25,722 nucleotides of DNA, from positions 1 through 25,722 of the forward strand of contig NW_021836007.1 of NCBI RefSeq assembly GCF_006345805.1. Direction: 5' to 3'. The stretch is from Octopus sinensis. Lineage: Eukaryota. This document shows positions 10,901 through 20,878 of the stretch, piece by piece. Numbering within the stretch: position 1 is the stretch's first letter; each line of letters begins with the position of its first letter. Below the pieces are notes generated by a model. It had not been told where the DNA came from. It searched no databases and worked only from the letters and a program-made list of their open reading frames with translations. Both the position numbers and the translations under genes were made by a program.

Positions 10901-13900
10901 TGCTCTGGTGATTTCATGATAGAAAAGTTTGTAAAGTGATTGGTCGTCGAAGATGGTCTTGACTTGCATGATTCCTGAAACACGTGCAAACTCTTACCTT
11001 GGAAACATCTTGACAAGTCTCTCAGATTGAACGAGTAGTGACACTTGGCAGGGGTCGGGAGCAATTCGTTCTGCATTCTCTGGTAAATTTCGACGGAGGC
11101 CAAAATCACCGAGTCGACTGCCAGTCTGACTTGGTGGGGAAATTCCATAACTTTCAAAATGTTCTAAAGTATACTCATCCAGACCACCTGGAAAATATGT
11201 TTGAGGTTGTGATCTGAGGGAGGGGGGACATTAAGGATGGAAAAATGCCGAGTGAAGCGATTGGTCATGCACCCTTGAGGTCCACAGGCGGCCATCAATG
11301 TCACGTCCTAGAAATATTACAATCCTTCAACTGTGATCCATCGCCAGCTCAGTGATTGCCGATCATATAGTCCTCTCATGTCCTGCAACTGCCTCAACAA
11401 TTCGATTGGAGGCTGGCACCCATAAAGGTCGGGTTTAGGCATGTTTACGTCATCAAGGAAGACCACCATATGCTTCCCTTTCGAAGGCCCTGGAAAATAT
11501 GCTCAATTAGTCACCTAAGATGTTGCGACGGTGTTTTTCAAGTTTAGCTTCAATCATTTGCTGAATGCTGGCACTGCTCGTTTGCGCCGAAAAATTGAGG
11601 GAGAGAGGCAAGACATTTGACTGAGTCCTCAATTGGTGCAATGTGTTCCGTGCAATTACAGACTGGGACATCCATGACTTGGTACCTTGCCAACTCCACT
11701 TTTCCCCACAAACATGACGGGCATTTGGACTGTGATCAACTTATCAGCCAAAAAGCCGTATTTGACAGTATCACTGTTTGGGACAATCATATCGAAGAAC
11801 CCACTGCCCGAATGGAAGGGGGGAATGGCTCGTTCCCAATGCTCCATTTTTCTTGTCTCCGTGTCCACGTAGTAACTCCAGAGATCACCTTGGCCGGGAA
11901 TCTGTTGATTGACAGGAACTACCCTGACGTCGCCGTTCTCTTCAAAGAGTTGTTTAATGAACGTATCAAACACATCCCAGTCAGACTCGACTAAATTCCC
12001 TCCGATAGCCCACAAGTAGCAAAAAACGAAAATTGTGGAAATAACGGTTCGAGAAGGCTCTTTGAGGGGGAAGAGAATAGACTCGATGAGTTTGCAGAGA
12101 GTAGTAACCTTGGCCAAATCACACTACAAATTCTCGACACGTGCAACCTGCCGAATGACCTGGGTGGTCTTGGTGGACACAAAATGAAGACCCTCGTCTA
12201 CATATTTCGTAAATAGTTCGAGAATGTGGTTGAAAGTGGTCTCACTTAGTTTGTTCTTGTGCGACTTCAGCCATCTTTGCACCCACGGAAGCCATCCGAG
12301 ATCTTGTGAATCAACGTAGAGCATTCCACATCTATTTGTCCAAAAAAATTGTCTACCGACTGACAGTTGCAGGCGAGGCGACGGACAGGTCCTCGACTTC
12401 GAAAAGCATACGAATGTTTGGAGTGAGTTTAATACGCTCACTGTTGGGCAGACAAAGCATTTTATTGTCGTCAAGTACAGTGTTCATGTTCTCGATCCAC
12501 GAAGCATCCACAGGTCCGTCGCAGATGACCCAGTGGGGGTTGTTGGCCTGTATTTAATGGCAATGACTTACAGAAACGGCTTTTCTTATTGTCAGGGCCA
12601 TCAGTCCGTCTTTCCATTCCAAAGTCTGTTTGTTCACGCCGCCGTAGAGTTCTTGCATTGAAATGGCTTTCGGGTTGATCACACAAGTCTCCACTGATCC
12701 CACGTGTCCCTCAACTTGTGCCAACGTCTACTCAATGTGACATGTCATTCACTTGGTACAACGTCGTCTTGCCACCACCGGTGGGTCCCACCAGCATTAC
12801 TCCGTGCCTTACCAACATTGTCTCGTACAATTGGACAATTTGCTTGGACTGTGCCTTCACAACACTCAAGTTGTTTTTCTGACAGATATTCCCAATTTCC
12901 TGACTGAACTCTTCGTAGTCGTTTTCACCAACAGTGATTCCTGGAAACAAGTCAAGGACAATGTCCTGGGGGTTAGTTAAACATTCCACCAGAAACAAAT
13001 CCGCGTCTCGTCTCAGAAATTTGGGGAGATTGGCCCCTCGGATTGCCCTGATCAAAACGATGCTTTCATCCTCGTCTGGATTTTGTTGTTTTTGCGAACC
13101 GGCCATGACCAAGACTGATTTGAGGGCTCTCATGCCGAAATCGTAGTGATCCTGCTGTGAGAGTTGCTCCGAACAGAGTTTGTAAAGTTGGACAACTTTG
13201 TTGGAAAGGTATTTAGAGGTTTGGAAGCCTTGCGAGTAGAGAATGACCTCTGCAATGAGCTCTAATATAATAAAGTAATTTGGAAGACTGTAATCGGGGA
13301 CCATCATAGAGAAGGGACGGAAAAGTGCTTTCAAGTTGTCAGGCAATTCTGTACGACCAGCATAGGAAGGATTCATGGTTATAAAAGTGGCACAAGTTGG
13401 GACAAGTTGGACATTTTTTCCTTCAAAGTTGAATGTGGTTAGTTTGGCTGCTTTTGCGTTGCGTATTGTGATGAGTTGTTGGGCAATGACTGAAAGGACT
13501 TGAATATCAATTCGATTGAACTCGTCGAAACAGCACCACGAGCCAGACTGGACAAGACCAGTGAAAAACCGTCCCATGGTCTACATAAATTGATGAATTC
13601 AACTTGATAGTCCAATCCGTCCGAACAATTGAACACAACACAATGCTTTCCCAGTGTCTTGGCCAGGTCTTTGGTGGTTTCGGTCTTTCCGGTGCCAGCA
13701 GGACCAGCTGGTGCCCCGCCAAGGTCGAACTGGAGTGCGCCCATCAAACAAATGTAACAACGGTCCTGAATACAGAAGAGAACATACAGTAAGGGGGGTG
13801 ATCACCAGTCGGGAGGACGCTCCCACATATTCGTAGCCGTATTTATATTCGGAAATAGACATTCGCACAACACAGTCCTCGGCCTCCCAGTAATACCGCA

Positions 13901-16900
13901 GCTGTTTTACCCATGCAAAATCTCCAATGTCAGTGACCTATTTTTACTTGAATATGTTTTACTCTGTCTGCAACAAGTTGACTAACTATGTCTCGGCAGT
14001 GGACATTGATTGTTATAAGTGTGCAGAGAATTTGCTGAAAGAGCTCTGAGTTGGGCTGTCGCACTTGATCAGCCAAATAATTCAATCGGGCTACGCTCGT
14101 TTGCTCAAAATCAGACATTTGTGACCCATTGGATAATATTTGAGAGATGGTCTCACACCAGCATATTTGGGACACTGTCAAGACCACCTGCGAGGGCCAC
14201 GTCTTGACCCACTCCTCAAAGGGTTTTTTGCTGAGGAGTGCCTTCTTGGTGTGATTACGCACACTAATGAGCATGGCCTCTTCTACATTGGACAGCCAAT
14301 CTTCCACGTTTCCACGAGCACGGAGACCCTGTTTGGTCAATTTATGTGACACGAACTTTTCTTAACTTGACCTTTTCGCCTTCGGGAGATATCATGGCAA
14401 GTATGTTAGGAGTGCTTGGTTCGAATTCGAGAGACTTTATTGCGTCGAAACATTTATTCAGATGTGGCTGCACTGCCATGGGGTTTCGAGTCTGAGCCAA
14501 AATGTCCAAAAGTTGATCGTTGGAAAGAAAATAGAACCGCGGAAAAGCCTCTCTTTTTGTTTCCAAGTACTTTTCGAGACATTTGAGAATTTGTTGAAGC
14601 ATTTGATTGTTGTTGGTGAAAGTATCAACCAGTCCTGCTTGTTCGAGGGAATATGGTACCTGCCTGAGTGCATGCTCGAATTGCCAGAGGCACACGATGA
14701 GTCTTCCTCATTATTTCCTTGAACGACTTGTCCACTTTGGAAAAGAGTTTGGACTCCTCGGGAAGCTGTCGTTGTATCTCAGGGGCAGAAAAGATGGATT
14801 CCAAGTACATCCAAGACTTTTGGCATTCGAGCCACTCGTTCTGATCTCCATAATCACTCCACTTACCAGCGTGGCCTCAAAAACTTGGAATTGTTTTTTT
14901 AGTTCTTCTACTCTCGAACTGATCGGGCCCACATTTCTCGAGGAAAGGATACTGGAGACACCCACAATCGAATCATCCAAGAGTTGCTCAATGTCCTCAG
15001 TTCCTCCAAGCACATAAACGTCTCTTTGCTCTTTGTAGACAGGGACGTGGAACTCGGTATGCTTCCACGAGTCCTCGATCTACGATTTTGGGAGTTGAAT
15101 ACTTTTTTGAACATTGACTCGAGTGCGGCTTCGGATGAAGCCTTGGTGGATATTTCCTTAATTTGCTGGTCGTATTCAAAGGCATTGCATTGCTCTAGAC
15201 TGCTGATAGTCATGGATTCAATGTTTATAATTTCATTGATCACGGCCCAGTGCCGTGCTTTCAAGGCCGGGTTTTTCAGGTTCATCAAAACAGGAATTTT
15301 GTACTTAATATAATTCACCTGCTAATACATAAAACTTCATACCCGTTCTTTCAACTGGCTGGTCATTAAATTCGGGGACAGTCCTTTGTCCAGTTTTTGC
15401 ACAATCTTCCAATACTTACCCGTGATCGAGTCAAGTTGGTCTAAGTCGCACTGCTTTAGGTCGACCTACCACTGTTTATCATCAACAAACGTCAATCCAT
15501 GACTGCACCAGGGTTTCCCATTCGTCTATCGAATTCCACAGAATCGTCTTGAGCGAAATTTCCTCTTGTACGTCTTCCAACTCCTCATATGTGGTGACCT
15601 CCAGTTGGAAACGCAGTTGGTGACTCCTGTACAATTCAGTCTTTTCTTTCAGTTCCTCCACACGTGCACCGTGGATTCCCAAACAACTCAGGATCTCTCC
15701 TTATTTCCCGCCGGGTCAAGATTGGATGGATTCTGGAATTAGATATCGACCTACTTGGACACTTTTCTTGATTTCCTTGATTTCTTTGAATAATTCACAT
15801 GTGTCCTTGTCCAGTGAGAGACACAGTTTCCGAATCGTGTCTTGTCGCTCAGCGGACACTTTATCGATGCTGTTACGCACATTATTTATTGTGGGAGTCA
15901 CAGTCTGAGTCGCTCTTACTCACAAACCTGGTAGATCACGTCGTCTTCAGGGGGCGAGGGGACACTGAACTTGGAAATGAGTTCGTACATGTCCCTGATG
16001 ATGTCAATTTCACTTTCCACAAAATCAATCTACGCTTCAAAATGGTCTACAAACTCGTTCTTGTATCTCGTCCAAGAAGAGCAGACTTTGCACAATTTCA
16101 GGTGTATCGCTCGGTCGCATATCCAGACGGAATTGGGCGTCATTGAGACCACTGAGCACTTTGTCGACCATCTGGCGTGCCTGGTTGGGAAGAACGTCGT
16201 GGATGTACTATACGTGCTTTAAGGGTCGTACTTGAATGCACCGATTGGGAGAGGGACATAACTTTTGTTTAAATTCACGAGCATCCACAAGAAGCAAACC
16301 GATAGCACGTTTCTCGACAATACTGATGGCCATTCGGCTTTCAATGTGATGCTTTTCCAATGAAGAAGCCAAGAACTGAACATGTTTGTTAAGAAACGAG
16401 TCAATTCCGAGGGCCTCGTCCATGTTGTAGAACTCAAGGTAACTGGAAAAAGTTTGCGCGTATTTATTGGCTGCTGAGAAGGCCTTTCCAATGCAGTCCT
16501 GCAATACGAGCACGGAAATACCTGTACATCTTTTCTGACTGCTTGCAAGTGTGTATCGTCTTCGAAGATAGCCTTCAAGTTTGGTCCCGTCCCACTCGTC
16601 CTCTCCTCAAATTTATTGTTGATGAAAGGTCTTTTGTTGGTGTGAAGAATTACTTTGTGAATGGGTGAAAATGAGGGTCAGGTAAGAGATTTTCTACTGC
16701 AATCATCGTTTTTGTAAAGTTGTTTCCTATTTCTTCCAATGCAGTCTCAAACGTCTCCAGATTGGGCGAGAATTCAATTTGTCCGTTTTCGAGCAGCATT
16801 TCCACCAGGAAAGAGGGACAGGACTCAATTACTTGGTCAAATGGTTTCTAGCATTGTCATTCCAAGGTACCTTTGCTTGCCTTATATTGACTTGGATTCC

Positions 16901-18355
16901 TGCCTCTTTCAGGCTGAAATATTCTTCCAAGTCCCCACTCACGTCTTGCTTAGTCCGAGTAAAACTGGAAATGATATTGTCGGAAGGAGTGAGGTTTATT
17001 TGGTTGGATAAATAATTTTTGATGGTCTCGATCGAGCGGACCGTGAGAGTGTGAAGTGCATTTGTGATCAAATAGTCCGACAAACAGACGAAACTACATT
17101 CTATTAGTTCACCTAACCATGTCAGTCGCCTGCATTCCTCTCTCTTGGCAGCCTGTTCCGTATAACTTAAATTCTCACAGGCTTCTGCGAATTCAGCCAT
17201 TTCCTCTTCCTCAGAGTCACCTACTTGTGTTATCATTGCGAGGACTGTCGTAGATTTCACGGAATGGATAGTCGTCGGGGTTGAAACCCTTCTCGAGCAG
17301 GGCAGTTCGACAGGCACATTTGATCACGTCAATCACAATGCTTCGGAATTCCTTTAGTTTCTCCTGCATTTGGGCAGTCGACGAAGCGTGGTCTTGCACA
17401 AACTTGTCCAGACTCACTGTTTGGTCGTATGCCAAGTTAGTCAACGTCAGATCACAGATTCGGTAGCTCATTCCTCGAAGACTCAAAAGGGCGGACCGGA
17501 GAGGCTTGATATAAACACTGAAATCTACCGGATTGACCAAGAAAAGAGAGTTTTCTATTTGTTTTTTAGCACTTTTAATCTTTTCGCAGCGAATAGTCCA
17601 ACGCCAGACCATGAATGCCTTCCATCGCTTAAATTGTTGAAAGGTAGGGATCTGATGGACTCGTTTTAATGTACTTTGTGGATAGCACGGAAATGTTTAT
17701 ATTCTTGTTCAAACACATGAAGGTGAGTAAAGTCAACTTCGTCGCCCTGTCTTGTTCGAGTGAAGCCTACTCCACTCATTGTGCAGTAATCCGTCTTTGA
17801 AATCTCCTGATAGTTAGTCACCCTAAAATCGACTGATTCCACTCACTTGAGGTTATAATAGTGATACTCCACACTCGACTTGCTTACTGCTGGGACCAAA
17901 TAGAAGAACCCCACCCACGGGTTCTCACGAATTACCCCAATCGTCTCCAGCAAATTTCTATTTCCCCAGTATTCGTCCATAAACTTCAGTTGTGTCTCGA
18001 TCTTGTTTCGAGGCAAACAAGCCAGTTCTTTCGGTAGCGACACCTCGTACTTGGCCAACACAGCCTACAGTAATCATATTGCTTTACCTTTCGCAATTGT
18101 ATGTTGTCCAGAGATACCTTTTTCACTTTCGCCTTAGTTTTCACCTCCACTTGTCTTTTCTCCCGAATGTAAGACGGTTCTTTCTGCACTCTTCCCAAGA
18201 ATGGCTAGACTTTTTATTTTTTACTCCAACCAGTGGCTCTAGCTGGGGCAGTTTGGGGCATCCCCCTCTCGTTGTCCCACGTACTTTCACCCACGGCAGT
18301 TCGCATGAATCGTTTTTTTCTAATTGTCACTAATCTTAGAAAGCTTACTTCTCAT
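4995..18355 (-). CDS. DNAH6: Axonemal inner-arm dynein heavy chain 6 orthologue, about 3916 aa, 67 exons, 66 introns of 21-30 nt
   Basis: The spliced translation follows vertebrate DNAH6 as I recall it, from N-terminal EPLP..PSYI and [19 protein letters not shown] through AAA1 ([19 protein letters not shown]), AAA2 (GPTGGGKT), AAA3 (GKSGVGKS), AAA4 (GVGGTGK), stalk/[17 protein letters not shown] and SLGQGQGP, to C-terminal [25 protein letters not shown] (4995-4997). Internal check: 13361 nt minus 1615 nt of introns plus 5 restored bases = 11751 = 3917 codons. The start ATG at 18355 is the least certain point (an alternative at 18387 needs one more 20-nt intron). Confidence 0.95.
5706..5731 (-). 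other. GC-AG intron (26 nt)
   Basis: CAG|GCAATTATCAATTCTTCATGAAACAG|GTC; splicing restores NQ-VPSIW (DNAH6 NQVPxLW). Confidence 0.85.
7625..7654 (-). other. GC-AG intron (30 nt)
   Basis: CAG|GCTTCAAATGCTTTCATTAACCACCAATAG|ATT; contains an in-frame TAG; splicing restores YFKQ-IFSQSI. Confidence 0.75.
8037..8061 (-). other. GC-AG intron (25 nt)
   Basis: AG|GCAAGAGATCAATGATAAATGATAG|T; splicing restores [12 protein letters not shown]. Confidence 0.85.
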
Positions 18356-18411
18356 TCTGTAGCTTGGTTACAATACATGAATAACATTTCAATTTTTTTA
18401 GTTATTTAGAG

Positions 18412-19739
18412 CAGGGTTTCCTAAATTTTTTGTTTCGTGACACCCTTTTTTTCACCAAGACCACGCTAAAAACCGAACAAACGTCACGTGATCAACCAGG
18501 GACCTCATCCTCGCTCGGTGATCCTTTCACGAGCCCACACAAGATCGCACTGGGCGGCAGGCTGTTTTTGGCGGAGCATTGGCTGACGGGCCCAGGTTCA
18601 GCTTGATGAGGTCTTCCAGAGAAGCTGGAACCGGCCGTTGGCTATCATGTGACCAACGATCGGTTAATCTGAGGGCCCTTTGTTGGGCCTCCTCGATTCG
18701 CCTCCTGTTGGACCACGATAGCCGCGAACCCCATGATCCGCAAGCGTAGGCAATACAAGGTTCGAAGTACTTGCGGTAGATATTCGGCAGTACCGGGTGC
18801 GACCCGTTTTTCCATATTCCGGATAGAGTTCGTAGTATGTTCAATTTTTGTTCGCATTTGCGAAGGAGGTTGTCCGCATGTGGGGAGAAACAGAGGTGCA
18901 TGTCGAGGGTTACCCCTAGGACCGTCTGACTCCTGCAGAAGGGTACGGATATATTATTCAGCTTTAAGTCGACTGACGTCCTTCCCAATCTTTAAAGAGC
19001 ATCTTTAAAGAGCATGGAAAATGCAGATTCACATAAAATGGTAAGAGAGCATAGACAGACTGGTCTGACGATGATGGATACTGATTTTGTATTTACTCAA
19101 AAAATGAACAATGCTTCAATTCTAAATCTAAAAATTGTTTAACTTTTTTACCAATTCTTTCAATCCGTGATCTGTTGACATTTCAAAAATTTGTTGATAT
19201 TCAGCAGAAGAAATATTTTCCAATTTATTGATCATTATGAAAGGATTCTTAATCTAATCATTATTCACTTTTTTGCCTGGAAAATATTTTTTTAATTCAC
19301 TTTTAATTGCTCCAAATGATCTACTAGTTCACAAATGAAAGTTTAGAAGAAACAAGATAAGCGTTACACAATATTTTGTGACAAAACATACATTCGGCTT
19401 TCGATAAAGCATATTTATCACAGCACTTTGCAAATCCATATAAAGGATATTCGTCCAGCTATTTTCGTTTCTTTATCTTTAATTTTTATACAGACAATGA
19501 TCGTCTTTTGAGTTATTTCAATAAAACGTTTTGTTATTCATTAACTCGAATATAATAAATCTACAAAAAAATACTAAAAAATAACGATAACACTATAGAT
19601 GTCGACACGGAACGTTATTTGTTGAAAATCTATTTATTTGGTCTAACTAAAATAAATTTACTTAAATAATAAAATAATTTTTCGAATTTTTCGCGTCACC
19701 CCTAGTACTAGCCCGCGGTATCCACTTTGAGACACGCCG
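18412..19739 (-). mobile_element. Buster-type hAT element (1328 bp) with a nested LINE fragment
   Basis: Perfect 8-bp TSD ATTTAGAG (18404-18411, 19740-19747). Imperfect TIRs CAGGGTTTCCTAAA / CGGCGTGTCTCAAA (9/14). Minus-strand remnant KKRK*LDEYPLYGF..ECMFCHKILCN..SSKL (~19340-19475) resembles the N-terminal BED-like region of ZBED8/Buster3-type transposases. Confidence 0.8.
18470..18990 (-). pseudogene. 5'-truncated non-LTR retrotransposon fragment (C-terminal RT/thumb region)
   Basis: LGVTLDMHLCFSPHA..KLNILRTLSG..YRKYFEPCIAYACGSW..NRRRIEEAQQRALR is the usual LINE post-RT signature. Visibly more GC-rich than the surrounding DNA. Boundaries approximate. Confidence 0.8.
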
Positions 19740-19849
19740 ATTTAGAGGTAAATAAACGTGCAATTAAATAAGCCAGTCACCACAAAAAATTTAATTTGTT
19801 TAAAACCGAGCATCTTGTTGAGTTTTATATCGCTTACCATGCTCAAAAA

Positions 19850-20000
19850 GTGATTAAAATCGTAGGAGACTATGCATGGACAGGCTACTGCGTAGTAGAG
19901 AAGACGTCGTTTTTGTCTAAATGGAACACCTAGTTTTCCCAGACTGTTTTGATCATGTTCCGCTGACCTAAAAGTCTCTCTGGGCTGTCAAAGAATAATT
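19850..20000 (-). pseudogene. Possible mariner-like transposase relic
   Basis: Stop-riddled frame ERLLGQ..VWEN*VFHLD..STTQ*PVHA*SP loosely resembles mariner 'TWVHHYD..QSMEWRHPGSP'. No TIR found. Confidence 0.3.
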
Positions 20001-20374
20001 AATTAGTGAGAATCAAAGATGTTGGAAAATCAAAAATGATTTTCTAGCGGTCTCTAGAATCTAGAAATGAATATAGAATTTGATTTCGTGAGATTTTTGA
20101 TTAGAAATTAATTCTCAGTTCATAAATATTTATAGTTGATCTGACCACAAATCAATTAATAGATAAATAAATCAGTTTAATTTTAAGAAACCAAAAAGAA
20201 TCTAGTTAAACTAATTTGGAAAATTCAACATTCGGTATTCTAGAATTCAAAATTTTTGGTCATTATATTAACATAAAATTTACTTACTCATCTCGTATAG
20301 AAGCAATGTTTCGAGTATTTCTGTCAACCTATAATCAGTAATAATAAAATAAATTTCGATTTTGCCATTAATTG

Positions 20375-20640
20375 ATGTCTCTAAAACCAAAATTTGATCC
20401 TAAAGTTATTCAATAAATTAATATTATTTTTCAGATTCAATGTTTGGAAGATATATGTTTTGATGTGGAAGATATATTTAACTTTAAAGTAAGTCTCGGG
20501 CGAAATCTAAGCGGGCATTTATCTAAAATTTATGATTGTAATTGGTCAATATTTGAAAAGTATTAAAAACACTAATAAATATAAAAATTAACTCATATCA
20601 GTAGCTCAAGATGGGAGTATTATAATATGGGATACGAAGC
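20375..20640 (+). pseudogene. G-protein beta-subunit-like (WD40) 5' gene fragment with tiny introns
   Basis: MSLKPKFDPK | 30-nt GT-AG intron 20405-20434 | IQCLEDIC..SLGRNLSGHLSKIYDCNWSIFEK | intron starting GT 20560 with no AG acceptor | LISVAQDGSIIIWDT, which matches G-beta 'RTLRGHLAKIYAMHW..LLVSASQDGKLIIWD'. Homology is lost after the first WD. Confidence 0.65.
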
Positions 20641-20878
20641 GGATCACAATTTGGGACGCTGAGGGATTGAAATATGATAAAAATTATTTTATTTTTTACA
20701 CATTAAAAATTCAACTTTGAGAATTTTAATAGGTTACCGTACATCCGTCTTGACTCGTCTTGACTTCTGTGTCTAATTGTTAGTTATGGTATTTCCAATG
20801 TCAGCAAAAAAAATAGCGCCAAGACCACCAATACGCTACAATTCCTGACAATCTTTAGCACATTTGGGTTATTTGTAA

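Noticed and set aside
5289-15700. Programmed ribosomal frameshifting or insertional RNA editing as the default explanation of the indels
   Set aside because: Missing bases differ (A, C, G, T), share no slippery motif, always extend a run, and four cluster in 180 bp. This is the pattern of consensus error; the alternative is kept only as a testable option.
16914-16942. Candidate 29-nt intron GTGAGT...TTTCAG
   Set aside because: Splicing it needs a 39-nt neighbouring intron, longer than any other here; the frame is open without it. Left out of the count, unresolved without RNA.
6202-18333. Plus-strand ORFs over the dynein gene (e.g. 6729-7037, 10324-10641, 11617-11994, 14607-15017, 16739-17011)
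   Set aside because: Antisense shadows of GC-richer coding DNA, with no recognisable motifs.
5000-18340. Enrichment of TAG acceptors acting as in-frame stops in phase-0 3n introns
   Set aside because: 11/18 versus 37/66 overall, so no evident enrichment in this sample.
4995-18355. Stop-codon reassignment (ciliate-type TAA/TAG=Gln) or readthrough as the cause of the broken ORFs
   Set aside because: Apart from the five homopolymer sites, every in-frame stop falls inside a GT/GC-AG segment whose removal restores DNAH6 alignment. Gln is encoded by CAA/CAG and the gene ends in TAA.
19850-20010. GC-richer island as a possible snRNA/snoRNA/SL RNA gene
   Set aside because: No U1/U2/U4/U5/U6 signature, Sm site or C/D/H-ACA layout recognised; a transposase relic fits slightly better.
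20040-20250. Cluster of TCTAG/CTAG motifs as a Helitron 3' end or hAT target array
   Set aside because: No clear GC hairpin before a CTRR and no regular spacing; compatible with chance in AT-rich DNA.
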